The translations under genes and the position numbers were made by a program. Positions 39,170 to 49,766 of a DNA stretch of 64,000 bases are shown here, in pieces (the stretch's first letter is position 1; each line of letters starts with the position of its first letter). Source of the DNA: an uncultured Prevotella sp. (GTDB lineage: Bacteria > Bacteroidota > Bacteroidia > Bacteroidales > Bacteroidaceae); the NCBI GenBank assembly GCA_900322035.1, contig ONYL01000007.1, positions 8,812 through 72,811 of the forward strand. The letters are read 5' to 3'. Below the pieces are notes generated by a model. The model ran no database searches and was not told the DNA's origin. It saw nothing but the letters and a program-made list of their open reading frames with translations.

Positions 39170-40372
39170 TTGAGAACAATAGAAATACGTAACATAGGTC
39201 CTATAAGAAACACAGGAAAGATAGCCATCTCTCCGGTCACTATTTTCTGCGGCCAGCAGGGCAGCGGAAAGAGCACTTGTGCCAAGCTGATCTCCACCTG
39301 CCTCTGGCTTGAGAAATCTCTCATGAAGCACGAGATAACCGAAAAATACGTCACGGGATATAATCATTTTCGCAATAATCTCTGTGGTTATCACGGAATA
39401 ACGGATTTTTTCAAAGACGACTCTTATATAAGGTATGAGAGCGAAGACTTCGTCTTTGTTTATGAAAACAAACACTTAACGCTCATACAAAAGAAGCATG
39501 ATAGCTACAAAATGCCAAAAATTATGTATGTGCCAGCAGAGCGCAATATGATGGTAGCTATTGAACATGCTGAGAAAGTGAGACGCCTGCCGTCAAACCT
39601 TCAGACGATGCAAAACGAATATCTTAAAGCTCTAAAAAGTCTGAAGGGAAAAGTGGCACTTCCTGTAAAAGATGTATATCTACAATACGACCGGTTGAAC
39701 AAGGTAACTTGGATTATGGGCGAAGATTACCGTGTGAGAGCAGAAAACTCAGCCAGTGGCTATCAATCGATGGCCCCTCTCGTTCTCGTATCGGACTATC
39801 TGGCGGATATGGTGCGTAAGCAAGAAGGGGAACCACAGAGTGCCGAAGAAAGGGACCAGTTGAGCATGGAAATTGCTAAAATCCTGGAATCGGATAATTT
39901 GCAAGAAGCTGTCAAGTCAGCAATGATAGAAAATATTAATAAGCGATACACCCTGAATTGCTTCTTCAATATTGTTGAGGAACCGGAGCAGAATCTTTAC
40001 CCCCTCTCGCAGAAAAGCGTCTTGCAGGCATTACTAATAGACAAGAACAAGGCAGAAGGCAATCTCCTCATCATGACTACCCACAGTCCTTATCTGCTCA
40101 ACTATCTGTCTTTGGCTATTAAGGCAAACAACATCGCTACTGCATATCCTGACGCGGCGGAAAAGTTGTCGCACATCGTGCCTCAGGCGGCTTTTGTGGC
40201 AGGTGATGACGTGAATGTTTATGAAATACGGGATAATGGACAAGTTCGGGAACTTTCTAAGTACGGTGACATGCCTTCGGATGAAAACCTACTGAATATC
40301 GCCTTGGAGGATTGTAATGATATGTACAACGAACTTTTGGATATTGAAGAAGAATGCCGACATACCAATTAG
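39170..40372 (+). CDS. ABC-type (AAA_15/AAA_21, AbiEii/OLD-like) ATPase
   Basis: I.IRNIGPI start, Walker A GQQGSGKS, YVPAER, signature-like SASGYQS, Walker B/D-loop IVEEPEQNLYP, H-loop TTHSPY; TTG start. Confidence 0.9.
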   Translation: MRTIEIRNIGPIRNTGKIAISPVTIFCGQQGSGKSTCAKLISTCLWLEKSLMKHEITEKYVTGYNHFRNNLCGYHGITDFFKDDSYIRYESEDFVFVYENKHLTLIQKKHDSYKMPKIMYVPAERNMMVAIEHAEKVRRLPSNLQTMQNEYLKALKSLKGKVALPVKDVYLQYDRLNKVTWIMGEDYRVRAENSASGYQSMAPLVLVSDYLADMVRKQEGEPQSAEERDQLSMEIAKILESDNLQEAVKSAMIENINKRYTLNCFFNIVEEPEQNLYPLSQKSVLQALLIDKNKAEGNLLIMTTHSPYLLNYLSLAIKANNIATAYPDAAEKLSHIVPQAAFVAGDDVNVYEIRDNGQVRELSKYGDMPSDENLLNIALEDCNDMYNELLDIEEECRHTN

Positions 40373-40875
40373 GGCAGGTAGATTTCCTGGCAATCGCAAA
40401 TAGAATTTACCCCACAGTTAGGGGAAATGAAGTGGTCTATATCAAGGATGGAGAAAGGGAAGAACCAGCTGGAATGCTTTTTGAAGACCATCTCAATGAA
40501 GTGGTAATCATAAATCCACAACATTTATCATACGACTTCGTACCCGTTGATAACAACATTAGAGTGCTTGATCCTCAAACGCAAAACAAGATCTCCATTT
40601 GCGATGCAATGATATTAACAGAAGATTTTCAAGATATCTATTTCATTGAACTGAAAGATGTTAGAAAGCAATGGATCAGCAAGGCTATCGGCCAACTGGA
40701 ATCGACAATCAAAATATTCAACGCAAGCCACGACAATATTGCCTTCAATCATCGATTAGCATATGCAAGCAATAGGCGACATCCCTATCCAGCTTCCTAT
40801 AGGGAAAAGGAGGAGCAGTTTAGAAAATCTTTGGGTTTCAAACTTGTGGTCAGCGGGAGAATCAAGATCCGCTAA
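40354..40875 (+). CDS. Hypothetical protein with PD-(D/E)xK nuclease-like motif
   Basis: VD...CDAMI....IYFIELKD...WISKAIGQLEST; overlaps the ATPase 3' end by 19 nt. Confidence 0.65.
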   Translation: MPTYQLGQVDFLAIANRIYPTVRGNEVVYIKDGEREEPAGMLFEDHLNEVVIINPQHLSYDFVPVDNNIRVLDPQTQNKISICDAMILTEDFQDIYFIELKDVRKQWISKAIGQLESTIKIFNASHDNIAFNHRLAYASNRRHPYPASYREKEEQFRKSLGFKLVVSGRIKIR

Positions 40876-40932
40876 TTAGCACATCTACGCAAGTTAGATA
40901 AATTATTGAGTTCACGTTAAGAAAAAGAGAAA

Positions 40933-41892
40933 ATGATGCCTTCTAATCAAACAGATCCAGTACTTGTTACGATTATCTGCTTGGTGTATAACCATGAGCC
41001 ATACCTGCGCCAATGCTTGGACGGTTTTGTAATGCAGAAAACAGATTTCAAGATAGAGGCTATTGTCCATGATGATTGCTCAACTGATAATTCGAGAGCT
41101 ATAATTCAAGAGTATGCAGAAAAATATCCCAGTATCATCATTCCCGTCTATGAAAGTGAAAACCAATATAGCAAAATTGGTTTCTCAGGCATTAACAAAC
41201 TTCTTGAACCATATGTACATGGCAAATACATAGCCTTTTGCGAGGGCGACGACTATTGGACCGACTCATTAAAGCTCCAGAAGCAAGTGAATTATCTTGA
41301 GATCCACCCAGAATGTGGGATGGTATATACACAAGCCTATCAGTTTGAGGAAAACACGGGGAAGCGATCATTAGGTTGGGCCAGGCAAACCAACTTTGAA
41401 AAATTACTTATAGGTCTAAACACAATAATAACATTGACAACATGTCTAAGGTCGGAATTTTTTTTTAAATTTCAAAAAGAAATAAATCCGCCCAAAACAT
41501 GGTTAATGGCAGATTATCCTTTATGGCTGTATATTGCATACCATACAGATATATATTTCATGAATCGGATAACTGGAGAATACAGAATATTAGAAAATTC
41601 AGCAAGCCATAGCACAGATATTCGCAAGCAAATAAATTTTATTGAAAGTTCTTTGTCAATAAGATTATTCCTTGACAAGTCTTTGTGTGGATCTTCACAC
41701 AAAAAACAGGTATACCAGGATGCTGTAAAAAATTGCTTTGACATATCCAAATCAAATAATGCCAATTTATTCGGAGAAATTTTTAAACTTTCAAAGCGAG
41801 GAAAGATAGTTTCCGTAAGAAATATATTAAAAATGATTACATATAGCAATAGATGGGGAAGACAAATTATTAGAAAAAGACTTTCACTTTAG
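40933..41892 (+). CDS. Glycosyltransferase family 2
   Basis: YNHEPYL.QCLDG, HDDCSTD, GKYIAFCEGDDYW and KLQKQV motifs. Confidence 0.93.
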   Translation: MMPSNQTDPVLVTIICLVYNHEPYLRQCLDGFVMQKTDFKIEAIVHDDCSTDNSRAIIQEYAEKYPSIIIPVYESENQYSKIGFSGINKLLEPYVHGKYIAFCEGDDYWTDSLKLQKQVNYLEIHPECGMVYTQAYQFEENTGKRSLGWARQTNFEKLLIGLNTIITLTTCLRSEFFFKFQKEINPPKTWLMADYPLWLYIAYHTDIYFMNRITGEYRILENSASHSTDIRKQINFIESSLSIRLFLDKSLCGSSHKKQVYQDAVKNCFDISKSNNANLFGEIFKLSKRGKIVSVRNILKMITYSNRWGRQIIRKRLSL

Positions 41893-41929
41893 ATAATAGT
41901 ATATTCATACGAATCAAATTCCAGGAGTC

Positions 41930-42772
41930 ATGCCTTTTTACTCAATAATAACAATAAATTATAATAATAGAAAAGGTCTCTCTGATACAATATGCAGCGT
42001 CCTTAGTCAAGATTACAAAGACTTTGAGTATATAATAATAGATGGTGGTTCTCAAGACGGAAGCAAAGATGAAATAAACAAGGTAAAAAAGGATCTGTCT
42101 TATTACTGTTCAGAACCAGATGGAGGAATTTATCCAGCGATGAACAAAGGCATTGACAAAGCTAAAGGAGAATACATCTTATTTTTAAACAGTGGTGATA
42201 CACTGCATAATAAAAATGTATTGCAAGAAATGCGTAATCAAATGAACGACCATTTAGATATAGTATCAGGTTACGCAGTACTGCCAAATGGTAATTTTTT
42301 AAACCACCATGAAAAAAATGTTCTTATGATGCTAATGCACTCTACATTTTCCCACCAAGCTACTTTCATAAAAAGGAAACTGTTTGATAAATATAGATAC
42401 GACGAAAACGAAAAAATTATCTCCGATTGGAAAGCTTGGCTACAATGGGTTATCATAGACAAGTGTACATGGAAATATGTTAATACGATAGTTTGCAATT
42501 ACAATTTAGATGGAATTAGTTCTTCAAAGCAAAACTGGAATGATATATTAAAATCCAGACGCGAATCATTAGAAATTCTTTTCCCCCCACTAATCGTTGA
42601 ACAATTATATAAAGATAGTGAGTATTATCTGAAGGGACATCTAAAGCATATAGAATTATTCTCGCCCTTGAAGAAATGTCTAATCCTTTGCATGAAAGGG
42701 TTAGCCTTTTTAGGAAAGACATTCACAAAATTAGTAAGCATTCAGTATAAAACAAGAGACAATTATAGATAA
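41930..42772 (+). CDS. Glycosyltransferase family 2 (WfgS-like)
   Basis: SIITINYNN, IDGGSQDGS, SEPDGGIYPAMNKG, FLNSGD and HQATF motifs. Confidence 0.93.
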   Translation: MPFYSIITINYNNRKGLSDTICSVLSQDYKDFEYIIIDGGSQDGSKDEINKVKKDLSYYCSEPDGGIYPAMNKGIDKAKGEYILFLNSGDTLHNKNVLQEMRNQMNDHLDIVSGYAVLPNGNFLNHHEKNVLMMLMHSTFSHQATFIKRKLFDKYRYDENEKIISDWKAWLQWVIIDKCTWKYVNTIVCNYNLDGISSSKQNWNDILKSRRESLEILFPPLIVEQLYKDSEYYLKGHLKHIELFSPLKKCLILCMKGLAFLGKTFTKLVSIQYKTRDNYR

Positions 42773-42857
42773 GAACAATAGAAGCCTATTTAATAAAAAT
42801 AGGTAAACAACCAACTAATATACCTAAGAAGTCTATTGGACGAAATTTCTTATTCTC

Positions 42858-44309
42858 ATGGCAAATGATAGTCTTCGACAAAAGACACTTTCCGGAATAA
42901 TATGGGGATTTTTTGAGAAATTCTCAACACAACTGGTTACTTTTATCGTCGGCATTATTTTGGCACGGCTTCTATCTCCGTCAGATTACGGTCTGGTGGC
43001 GATGGTAACTGTATTTGTCACCATCTCAGGAGTTATTGTAGATTCTGGGTTCAGTAGTGCATTGATTAGGAAAAAAGACAGAACAGATTTAGATTATTCC
43101 ACCGTTTTTGATATCAATGTAGGGATGTCTGTAATAATGGCGTCGCTACTTTGTCTTTGTGCACCTTTAATTGCATCATACTTTAGACAGCCCATTATCA
43201 CAAAGATTTTATACTTCGATGCGCTATATATATTCTTAGGGTCATTCATTTCAGTTCAAGGAACCAAATTATATGCAGACTTACAGTTTAAAGCACGAAG
43301 TACAATCAATGTGATCAACTCTTTTGCTCAAGGAATAGTCTCCATTGCGATGGCTATTACGGGGTGTGGTGTTTGGTCATTAATCGTACCTAAAATCATT
43401 ACCATTTTTTCTGGCGCAATCCTTTATTGGCACTATCAGCATTGGTTCCCAGGTTATAAATTCTCAAAAAAATCTGCAGTTGAAATGTTCGCATTTGGAT
43501 CCAAATTATTGATATCTACAATTATTAATGTTGTTTACCAAAATCTATATCCCATCGTCATAGGAAAAAAATTTAGTTCCAGCGACTTAGGTTTTTATTC
43601 CAAAAGCTCATCGTTTTCAAGTTTACCAGCGACAACGTTTACCAATGTCATCGGCAGCGTTGCCTTCCCCGTTTTGAGCAGCATACAAAATGACAAGGAG
43701 CGTCTCGCCAATGCATATCGTAAGATGCTAAGGATTTCGGCCTATATTTTGTTTCCTATCATGATTTCCTTAGCGGTATTAGCCCGCCCTTTCGTTGTCG
43801 TGCTGATAACGGAAAAATGGTTACCCTGCGTCATCATGCTTCAAATATTATGCTTTGATATGATGTGGTATCCAATACATGCATTGAATTTGAATCTACT
43901 TCAAGTAAGTGGACGATCAGAGTTATTTCTAAAATTAGAAATAATAAAGAAAGCAATAGGAATATCTGTCCTTGCTATAACCATCAAATATGGAATCCTC
44001 TGGATGTGCGTAGGCTCGGTTTTTTGTTCCTTAATAGCACTATTTATCAATACGTATTACACGGGAAAACTAATCAATCTCGGCTGGGGAACACAAATGA
44101 AAGACCTGATACCTTCATTAATGGTCTCTGTCTTCATGGGTATAGGTATATACCTAATTGATCTCGCTCTTTCAAACGATTATGCTAAATTATTTACAGG
44201 CATATTGGCAGGTATAGTTTTATACTACACATTTTCGAGGCTTTTCCACTTAAAAGAGTTAGCCTTTCTCCAAGAAATAATAAAGAATAACATCATCCAC
44301 AGGAAATAA
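42858..44309 (+). CDS. wzx: Wzx-type oligosaccharide flippase (WzxC-like)
   Basis: LARLLSPSDYG, DSGFSSALI and FGSKLL motifs; polytopic, 483 aa. Confidence 0.92.
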   Translation: MANDSLRQKTLSGIIWGFFEKFSTQLVTFIVGIILARLLSPSDYGLVAMVTVFVTISGVIVDSGFSSALIRKKDRTDLDYSTVFDINVGMSVIMASLLCLCAPLIASYFRQPIITKILYFDALYIFLGSFISVQGTKLYADLQFKARSTINVINSFAQGIVSIAMAITGCGVWSLIVPKIITIFSGAILYWHYQHWFPGYKFSKKSAVEMFAFGSKLLISTIINVVYQNLYPIVIGKKFSSSDLGFYSKSSSFSSLPATTFTNVIGSVAFPVLSSIQNDKERLANAYRKMLRISAYILFPIMISLAVLARPFVVVLITEKWLPCVIMLQILCFDMMWYPIHALNLNLLQVSGRSELFLKLEIIKKAIGISVLAITIKYGILWMCVGSVFCSLIALFINTYYTGKLINLGWGTQMKDLIPSLMVSVFMGIGIYLIDLALSNDYAKLFTGILAGIVLYYTFSRLFHLKELAFLQEIIKNNIIHRK

Positions 44310-44313
44310 AAAC

Positions 44314-45324
44314 ATGGATTCTATACACATTTTATTAAGCACAGATTGCAACTACATCATGCCCACATCTGTTACGATGAAATCTGTTAGCATTCAGAAT
44401 ATAAAGTCTGAGGTCATTTTTCACATCATTATCGATAACGATGTTAAATCTAAACATAAAAGACAGCTGGAAAAAGTTATTGCTCAAACCTCTAACCATA
44501 AGGTTGTCTTTCATCTGGTGGATAGTGAATACTTTTCAAATTTTCCACAATTGAGAAGAGGGGATGCCAAAAGTGGATACATCACACAAGCCACATATTA
44601 TCGACTGGTGGTAACTGACATTCTACCCGAAAATATTCACAAAGTAATCTATATAGATGGCGATGTTATCAATACGGATTCTTTAAACTCATTATGGAAT
44701 TTGCCGTTAGATAATTATGCTGTTGGTACAGTTACAGACATGGCAGAATCCAAACATGACTTTAGTAAACTTGGATATTCACCCAAAGAAGGATATTTCA
44801 ACGCAGGTGTTTTGCTTATCAACCTTGATTACTGGCGCGAGCACAAGCTGAAAGAAAAGTTTCTATATTTGATAGCCAATGAGCCTGAACGAATCGTGCT
44901 GCACGACCAGGATGTCTTGAACATTACGCTGCACGACCAGAAGATGAACCTCCCGATGCGCTATAATGTACAGAATGGCTTTCTTTGGAAGCCTGAATAC
45001 AATCAATTCGGGGAAAGATATAAAAATTATGAGGATGATTTGAAACAGGCGATCTGTCACCCCGTTCTTTTACATTTTACCGACAACAAAAAGCCATGGC
45101 ATGTAGAGGACTGCAATCCATACAGCTATGAATTTATAAAGTATTACAAACAAACCCAGTGGAAATATAAGCCACTGAGCCATTGCAATAAAAGTAAACT
45201 AAGGTATTTGGGGGCAAAAATTCTTAGGGACATACATGTGCTCGGTCCTGCCAAAACGGATGAAAGAAAATACTACACACTGGAAGAATTGCAGATCCTG
45301 AAAGAGCAGTATAAAGAACAATGA
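44314..45324 (+). CDS. Glycosyltransferase family 8
   Basis: ATYYRL, KVIYIDGD, YFNAGVLLINL..WR, HDQDVLN and HFT..KKPW motifs. Confidence 0.94.
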   Translation: MDSIHILLSTDCNYIMPTSVTMKSVSIQNIKSEVIFHIIIDNDVKSKHKRQLEKVIAQTSNHKVVFHLVDSEYFSNFPQLRRGDAKSGYITQATYYRLVVTDILPENIHKVIYIDGDVINTDSLNSLWNLPLDNYAVGTVTDMAESKHDFSKLGYSPKEGYFNAGVLLINLDYWREHKLKEKFLYLIANEPERIVLHDQDVLNITLHDQKMNLPMRYNVQNGFLWKPEYNQFGERYKNYEDDLKQAICHPVLLHFTDNKKPWHVEDCNPYSYEFIKYYKQTQWKYKPLSHCNKSKLRYLGAKILRDIHVLGPAKTDERKYYTLEELQILKEQYKEQ

Positions 45325-46496
45325 AAATACTATTTTATAATACGAGTGATGTCTCAGAAACCAAGGGGGGTACGGAACGTATCACTGCGAGAATCAGTAC
45401 TGGATTTACCCGTTTAGGACATCATTGCTACCTGGCTTACAGTGAGGAAATCGACAAGCGCTATCCGTTGACACCATTCGAAGGCCGTATCAACATAGAA
45501 AAGAATTCTTTTGAGCAGTTCCTTATAGAACACGACTTCGATGTCATTATTTTACAAAAGATGACCCGAATGGTAAAGGAGCTCTTCAGAATACGACAAT
45601 GTCACAAGCTACATTTCAAGATGATTAGTGTGCTACATTTCAATCCCGGTTTTGAGGAATATGGCACTACTTTCAGATCCTTTTACAAGGGGTTATCGCA
45701 TTACCATGGGGCAACGGAATATGCGAAAGACTTGGTTAGAACTGTTATTTATCCACTCTACAAGATTTATTATCCATATAGGAACCGCGACCTCTATCGC
45801 ACAGTTTACGCATATTCTGATAAAGTTGTTGTGCTGTCGGAAGCATTCATAAGTGAGTATTCTGAATATGCCCACCTTAACAATCCGTCCAAGTTGATGG
45901 CAATTCCCAATGCAAACTCATATAATGAATGGTTACCCGAGGAACTGCTGAAAAACAAGAAAAAACAAGTATTAGTAGTCAGTCGTTTGGAAGAAAGACA
46001 GAAGCGTATCAGCCTCGCCATCAGGGCTTGGAAGGAAATCGAAAATAATGAAAGGCTCAAAGGATGGATGCTGAAAATTGTAGGCGACGGCTCGTCTCGG
46101 GCCGCTTATGAGCAATTGGCGCGAGACCTCGGTCTAAACCGCGTAGAGTTTGTGGGTAGGCAGAATCCAAAGAGTTATTATCAGGAGAGTGCAATCTTTA
46201 TGATGACTTCTGCTTTCGAAGGATGGGGGCTGACACTGACCGAAGCACAGCAAATGGGATGTGTACCGATTGCCTTCGATTCTTTCGCAGCCGTCCATGA
46301 TATTATTGACAATGGGCACAATGGATTGTTGATCTGCAACAATGACTTGCCAGCCTATAGCTTAGGCCTGACCCGACTGATGCTCAACACAGAAGAACGG
46401 CAGCGTATGGCTACGGCTGCACTGAAGACTTCAAAGGCTTTTGCCTTGGAAAATGTGATGAAGGAATGGAACAATCTTATTAGCAATAAAAAATGA
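45321..46496 (+). CDS. Glycosyltransferase family 4
   Basis: GGTER, SRL...QKR and TSAFEGWGLTLTEAQ.MG motifs. Confidence 0.92.
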   Translation: MKILFYNTSDVSETKGGTERITARISTGFTRLGHHCYLAYSEEIDKRYPLTPFEGRINIEKNSFEQFLIEHDFDVIILQKMTRMVKELFRIRQCHKLHFKMISVLHFNPGFEEYGTTFRSFYKGLSHYHGATEYAKDLVRTVIYPLYKIYYPYRNRDLYRTVYAYSDKVVVLSEAFISEYSEYAHLNNPSKLMAIPNANSYNEWLPEELLKNKKKQVLVVSRLEERQKRISLAIRAWKEIENNERLKGWMLKIVGDGSSRAAYEQLARDLGLNRVEFVGRQNPKSYYQESAIFMMTSAFEGWGLTLTEAQQMGCVPIAFDSFAAVHDIIDNGHNGLLICNNDLPAYSLGLTRLMLNTEERQRMATAALKTSKAFALENVMKEWNNLISNKK

Positions 46497-47593
46497 AAAT
46501 ATTTATTGTTTGCAACAATTTAGGGGCTGGAGGTGCAGAGCGCGTGGCAGTAAATTTAGCCAACGGATTTGCAGGCAAAGGGCATGAGGTGTATATAGTT
46601 GCAGATTCATTGAATCAAAAAGTCTCTTATACTGTGGATGGCAGTGTATGTGTCATGACTCTATGCAGAAAGTCGAAATCTAAGATAAAATGGTTTGGCG
46701 CGCCCTTAAGACTTAGGCATTATCTGATAAAGGAAAAGCCTGATGTTATTATCGGTTTCATGCATGTTTGCTCCATCATTTCGAGATTGGCTACCGTTGG
46801 ATTGAGGATACCGGTTGTCATGACAATACATCATTCTCTGGAGAGCAAAGAATGGCATTTAAACTTGCTTACTCAGTGGTTAGACAAGTATACACCCTTT
46901 TTTTATAGCGCGGTTACAGTATTAAATCTGGCGGATAAGGAATACTTGGGAGATAATTATAAAAATGTTACAGTAATGCCCAATCCTTTAACTTTCCAGC
47001 CTGTTAGCAAAATTCCTCCCAAACAAAAAATTATTTTGGCTGCTGGTAGAATCTCCAATTGGTACTACAAAGGTTTTGATTTGCTTATAGAAGCATGGGG
47101 AAATATTGCCAGTTCCTATCCTGACTGGAAATTACGTATAGCAGGTGACGGACCCAAAGAAAATTTTGATTATTTGGAAGAAATTGCCAAAAAATGCGGA
47201 ATTGAAAATCAGATAGATTTTATGGGCTACCAAAGAGATATGAAAAGTCTATATAAGGAGGCTTCTATATTTGTTTTGAGTAGTAGGAGTGAAGGCCTGC
47301 CTATGGTGCTGATTGAGGCTATGAGTCAGGGATGCGCTCCGGTGGCTTGTGAAAACTTGGGAAGAACGGGCGAGATTATTCAAAATAGCAATCAGGGTCT
47401 GCTGTATAAAACAGCAGACATCAATTCTATGAGTGAGGCGTTAAGTAAAATGATACGTGATGAAGAATATAGACATTCTGTACAGAAAAACGCCGTTGCA
47501 AGATCATACTATTACAGTTCGGAAAAAATTCTGTGTAAGTGGGAATCGTTATTGACTAATCTTCTACTTACAAAAAAATCTAAATTCGAATGA
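46493..47593 (+). CDS. Glycosyltransferase family 4 (AmsD-like)
   Basis: GGAERV, KGFDLLI.AW and SSRSEGLPMVLIEAM motifs. Confidence 0.93.
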   Translation: MKIFIVCNNLGAGGAERVAVNLANGFAGKGHEVYIVADSLNQKVSYTVDGSVCVMTLCRKSKSKIKWFGAPLRLRHYLIKEKPDVIIGFMHVCSIISRLATVGLRIPVVMTIHHSLESKEWHLNLLTQWLDKYTPFFYSAVTVLNLADKEYLGDNYKNVTVMPNPLTFQPVSKIPPKQKIILAAGRISNWYYKGFDLLIEAWGNIASSYPDWKLRIAGDGPKENFDYLEEIAKKCGIENQIDFMGYQRDMKSLYKEASIFVLSSRSEGLPMVLIEAMSQGCAPVACENLGRTGEIIQNSNQGLLYKTADINSMSEALSKMIRDEEYRHSVQKNAVARSYYYSSEKILCKWESLLTNLLLTKKSKFE

Positions 47594-48672
47594 TACTGGC
47601 CTTTACTTTATTTGTAGTATTTTGTTTCTGGCTTTCCCTCAATAGCCAGAAACAGAATGTTATATTGACCATATCTCTTTTATTAATTGTAGTATTAATA
47701 GGCTTTAGAAACGTGTTATGGAATGACACGCAAGGCTATATTGCTGCATTTCGTCAGGCTCCGGATATATGGCATTTTTCTATTTACTCCTCAGATGCAG
47801 TGTATAAAGAAAAAGGCTACCACTTTTTAGCTTCAATGGTGAAGACCATTTGGGACAATGACAGATTCTATTTGCTTGCTATGGGAGCTTTGTCAATGTT
47901 CTTATTATATAAGATTCTTCGCTATTATTGTTTACTTCCCCTTATCGGTTTATGTGATTACATGGGCCGTTTTTTGTTAAATCGCGATTTCATTCAAATT
48001 AGGTCATCACTTGCTATTCTTATTGTGATTTATGGCTTGAAATTCGTAAAGGAGAGAAGCTTTTGGAAATATTTTCTTTGTGTACTCATAGCCTCACAGT
48101 TTCACCAAATGGCATGGATTGGTTTGCCTTTCTACTTCTTCAATTTAATTCATTTTAAAAATTGGCATATTGTATGCGGATTAGTACTTGCTGCTGTTTT
48201 TTCTCAGACGTTAGGCCCTTCTATATCTAATGTTGTGGAGAAATACAGCGATGATTTAGATTACGCTACTTATACTTCGGGCGCATACATAGAGGAAGCG
48301 TTAAAATTAAAAAATCCCATGATTTATTTTCAATCGGCAGTACTATTACTTTATTGTTATTTTGAAGGAAAAATTAAAAAATTAAGTTCATACTATTCTA
48401 TATATAAAAACGCATACTTTTATTCAACGATAATCTTGATTTTTTTCTGTAATTATACGGCATTGTCAGGGCGTACATCCACTATTTTTGCAACGGTCGA
48501 GATCTTCATGTTGCCGATGATGGTGTTCGCATTCAAGAAAAAACTGCCAAGAAATTTATTTTTAATGAGTATAGGGCTTATTATCATTTATTTCTTTGCG
48601 TATAAGTATACAAATGAGATAAATAATATAAACCGGGCTGCTGAGCTTATTATTGAATTTAGAAATTCATAA
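47590..48672 (+). CDS. EpsG-family polytopic protein, probable Wzy polymerase
   Basis: GFR....DT.GY, EKGY, QIRSSLA and FH motifs; many TM segments. Confidence 0.82.
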   Translation: MILAFTLFVVFCFWLSLNSQKQNVILTISLLLIVVLIGFRNVLWNDTQGYIAAFRQAPDIWHFSIYSSDAVYKEKGYHFLASMVKTIWDNDRFYLLAMGALSMFLLYKILRYYCLLPLIGLCDYMGRFLLNRDFIQIRSSLAILIVIYGLKFVKERSFWKYFLCVLIASQFHQMAWIGLPFYFFNLIHFKNWHIVCGLVLAAVFSQTLGPSISNVVEKYSDDLDYATYTSGAYIEEALKLKNPMIYFQSAVLLLYCYFEGKIKKLSSYYSIYKNAYFYSTIILIFFCNYTALSGRTSTIFATVEIFMLPMMVFAFKKKLPRNLFLMSIGLIIIYFFAYKYTNEINNINRAAELIIEFRNS

Positions 48673-48674
48673 TC

Positions 48675-49766
48675 ATGAAATTATTATTTGTAACATCAAC
48701 GCTTGGGTCAGGAGGCGCGGAAAGGGTGTTGTCCATATTGGCAAATGAATTTTGTAAGCGAGGGAATAAAGTTGAGGTAATCGCGCTGACAAATAAAGCT
48801 AAAGATTATTACGCGCTTGACAAAAGAATAAAATATCTGCATGCAGGCCAAGAATGTTGCAGTGGTCTGCTAAGCGAACTTAGATGGTTTCGCAGACATG
48901 TTGCTGAATTAAAGCCAGATTGTGTTATCGCCTTTATGGAAGCTGTTTACGAATTTGTATTGATAGCACTTTTTAGGACAAATATACCTGTTATATCTTC
49001 AGAAAGAAAGGATCCAAGAACGTTAGGTCCACTGCGAAAGATGCTCCGTTGGTTTTTGCTTCCTACTGCTGCTGCACATGTGGTACAGACCAAACAGATA
49101 CGAGATTTCTACCGAAAAAATATCCGAGACAAAACTGTTGTTATCTATAACCCAGTGGATGAAAAGGTTTGGGAGTTCAACCCAACAGAAGGTGGAAAAT
49201 CGTTGCCAAGGATAAAAAGAATAGTATCTGTTGGCAGACTCTACCATCAGAAAAATCAGCAGATGCTAATAAAAGCATTTGCAAAGATTGCTGTAAAATA
49301 TGAGCAGTACAAATTGATCATATTTGGCGAAGGACATCTTCGAAAGAATTTGGAACAGTTAATAGCAGATTTAGGCCTTCAGGGCAGAGTGTTATTGCCA
49401 GGCCGTTCATCGAACGTCATAGAAGAGGTTGCTAAATCAGAAATATTTTGTTTATCAAGTAATTTTGAAGGAATGAGCAATGCTATGATTGAAGCAATAT
49501 GTGTAGGTACTCCTATTGTATCAACTAAGGTTTCAGGTACAGATGAACTGATAATTGATGGCAAAAACGGCTTGCTTGTTGAGATTGGTAATATTGAAAA
49601 GCTTGCTATAGCCCTCGAGGAGTTGATGGCAAACAAAGCTCTCCAGAGCAAACTCTCAAAAGAAGAACAGGCCATGTCTCATTTATTTCGCACATCGAGT
49701 GTTGTAGATCAATGGCAGAAATTAATTATTAAAGTAATCCAAAATAATAATGGTATCAAAAAATAG
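48675..49766 (+). CDS. Glycosyltransferase family 4
   Basis: GGAERV, VGRL..QKN and SSNFEGMSNAMIEA motifs. Confidence 0.93.
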   Translation: MKLLFVTSTLGSGGAERVLSILANEFCKRGNKVEVIALTNKAKDYYALDKRIKYLHAGQECCSGLLSELRWFRRHVAELKPDCVIAFMEAVYEFVLIALFRTNIPVISSERKDPRTLGPLRKMLRWFLLPTAAAHVVQTKQIRDFYRKNIRDKTVVIYNPVDEKVWEFNPTEGGKSLPRIKRIVSVGRLYHQKNQQMLIKAFAKIAVKYEQYKLIIFGEGHLRKNLEQLIADLGLQGRVLLPGRSSNVIEEVAKSEIFCLSSNFEGMSNAMIEAICVGTPIVSTKVSGTDELIIDGKNGLLVEIGNIEKLAIALEELMANKALQSKLSKEEQAMSHLFRTSSVVDQWQKLIIKVIQNNNGIKK

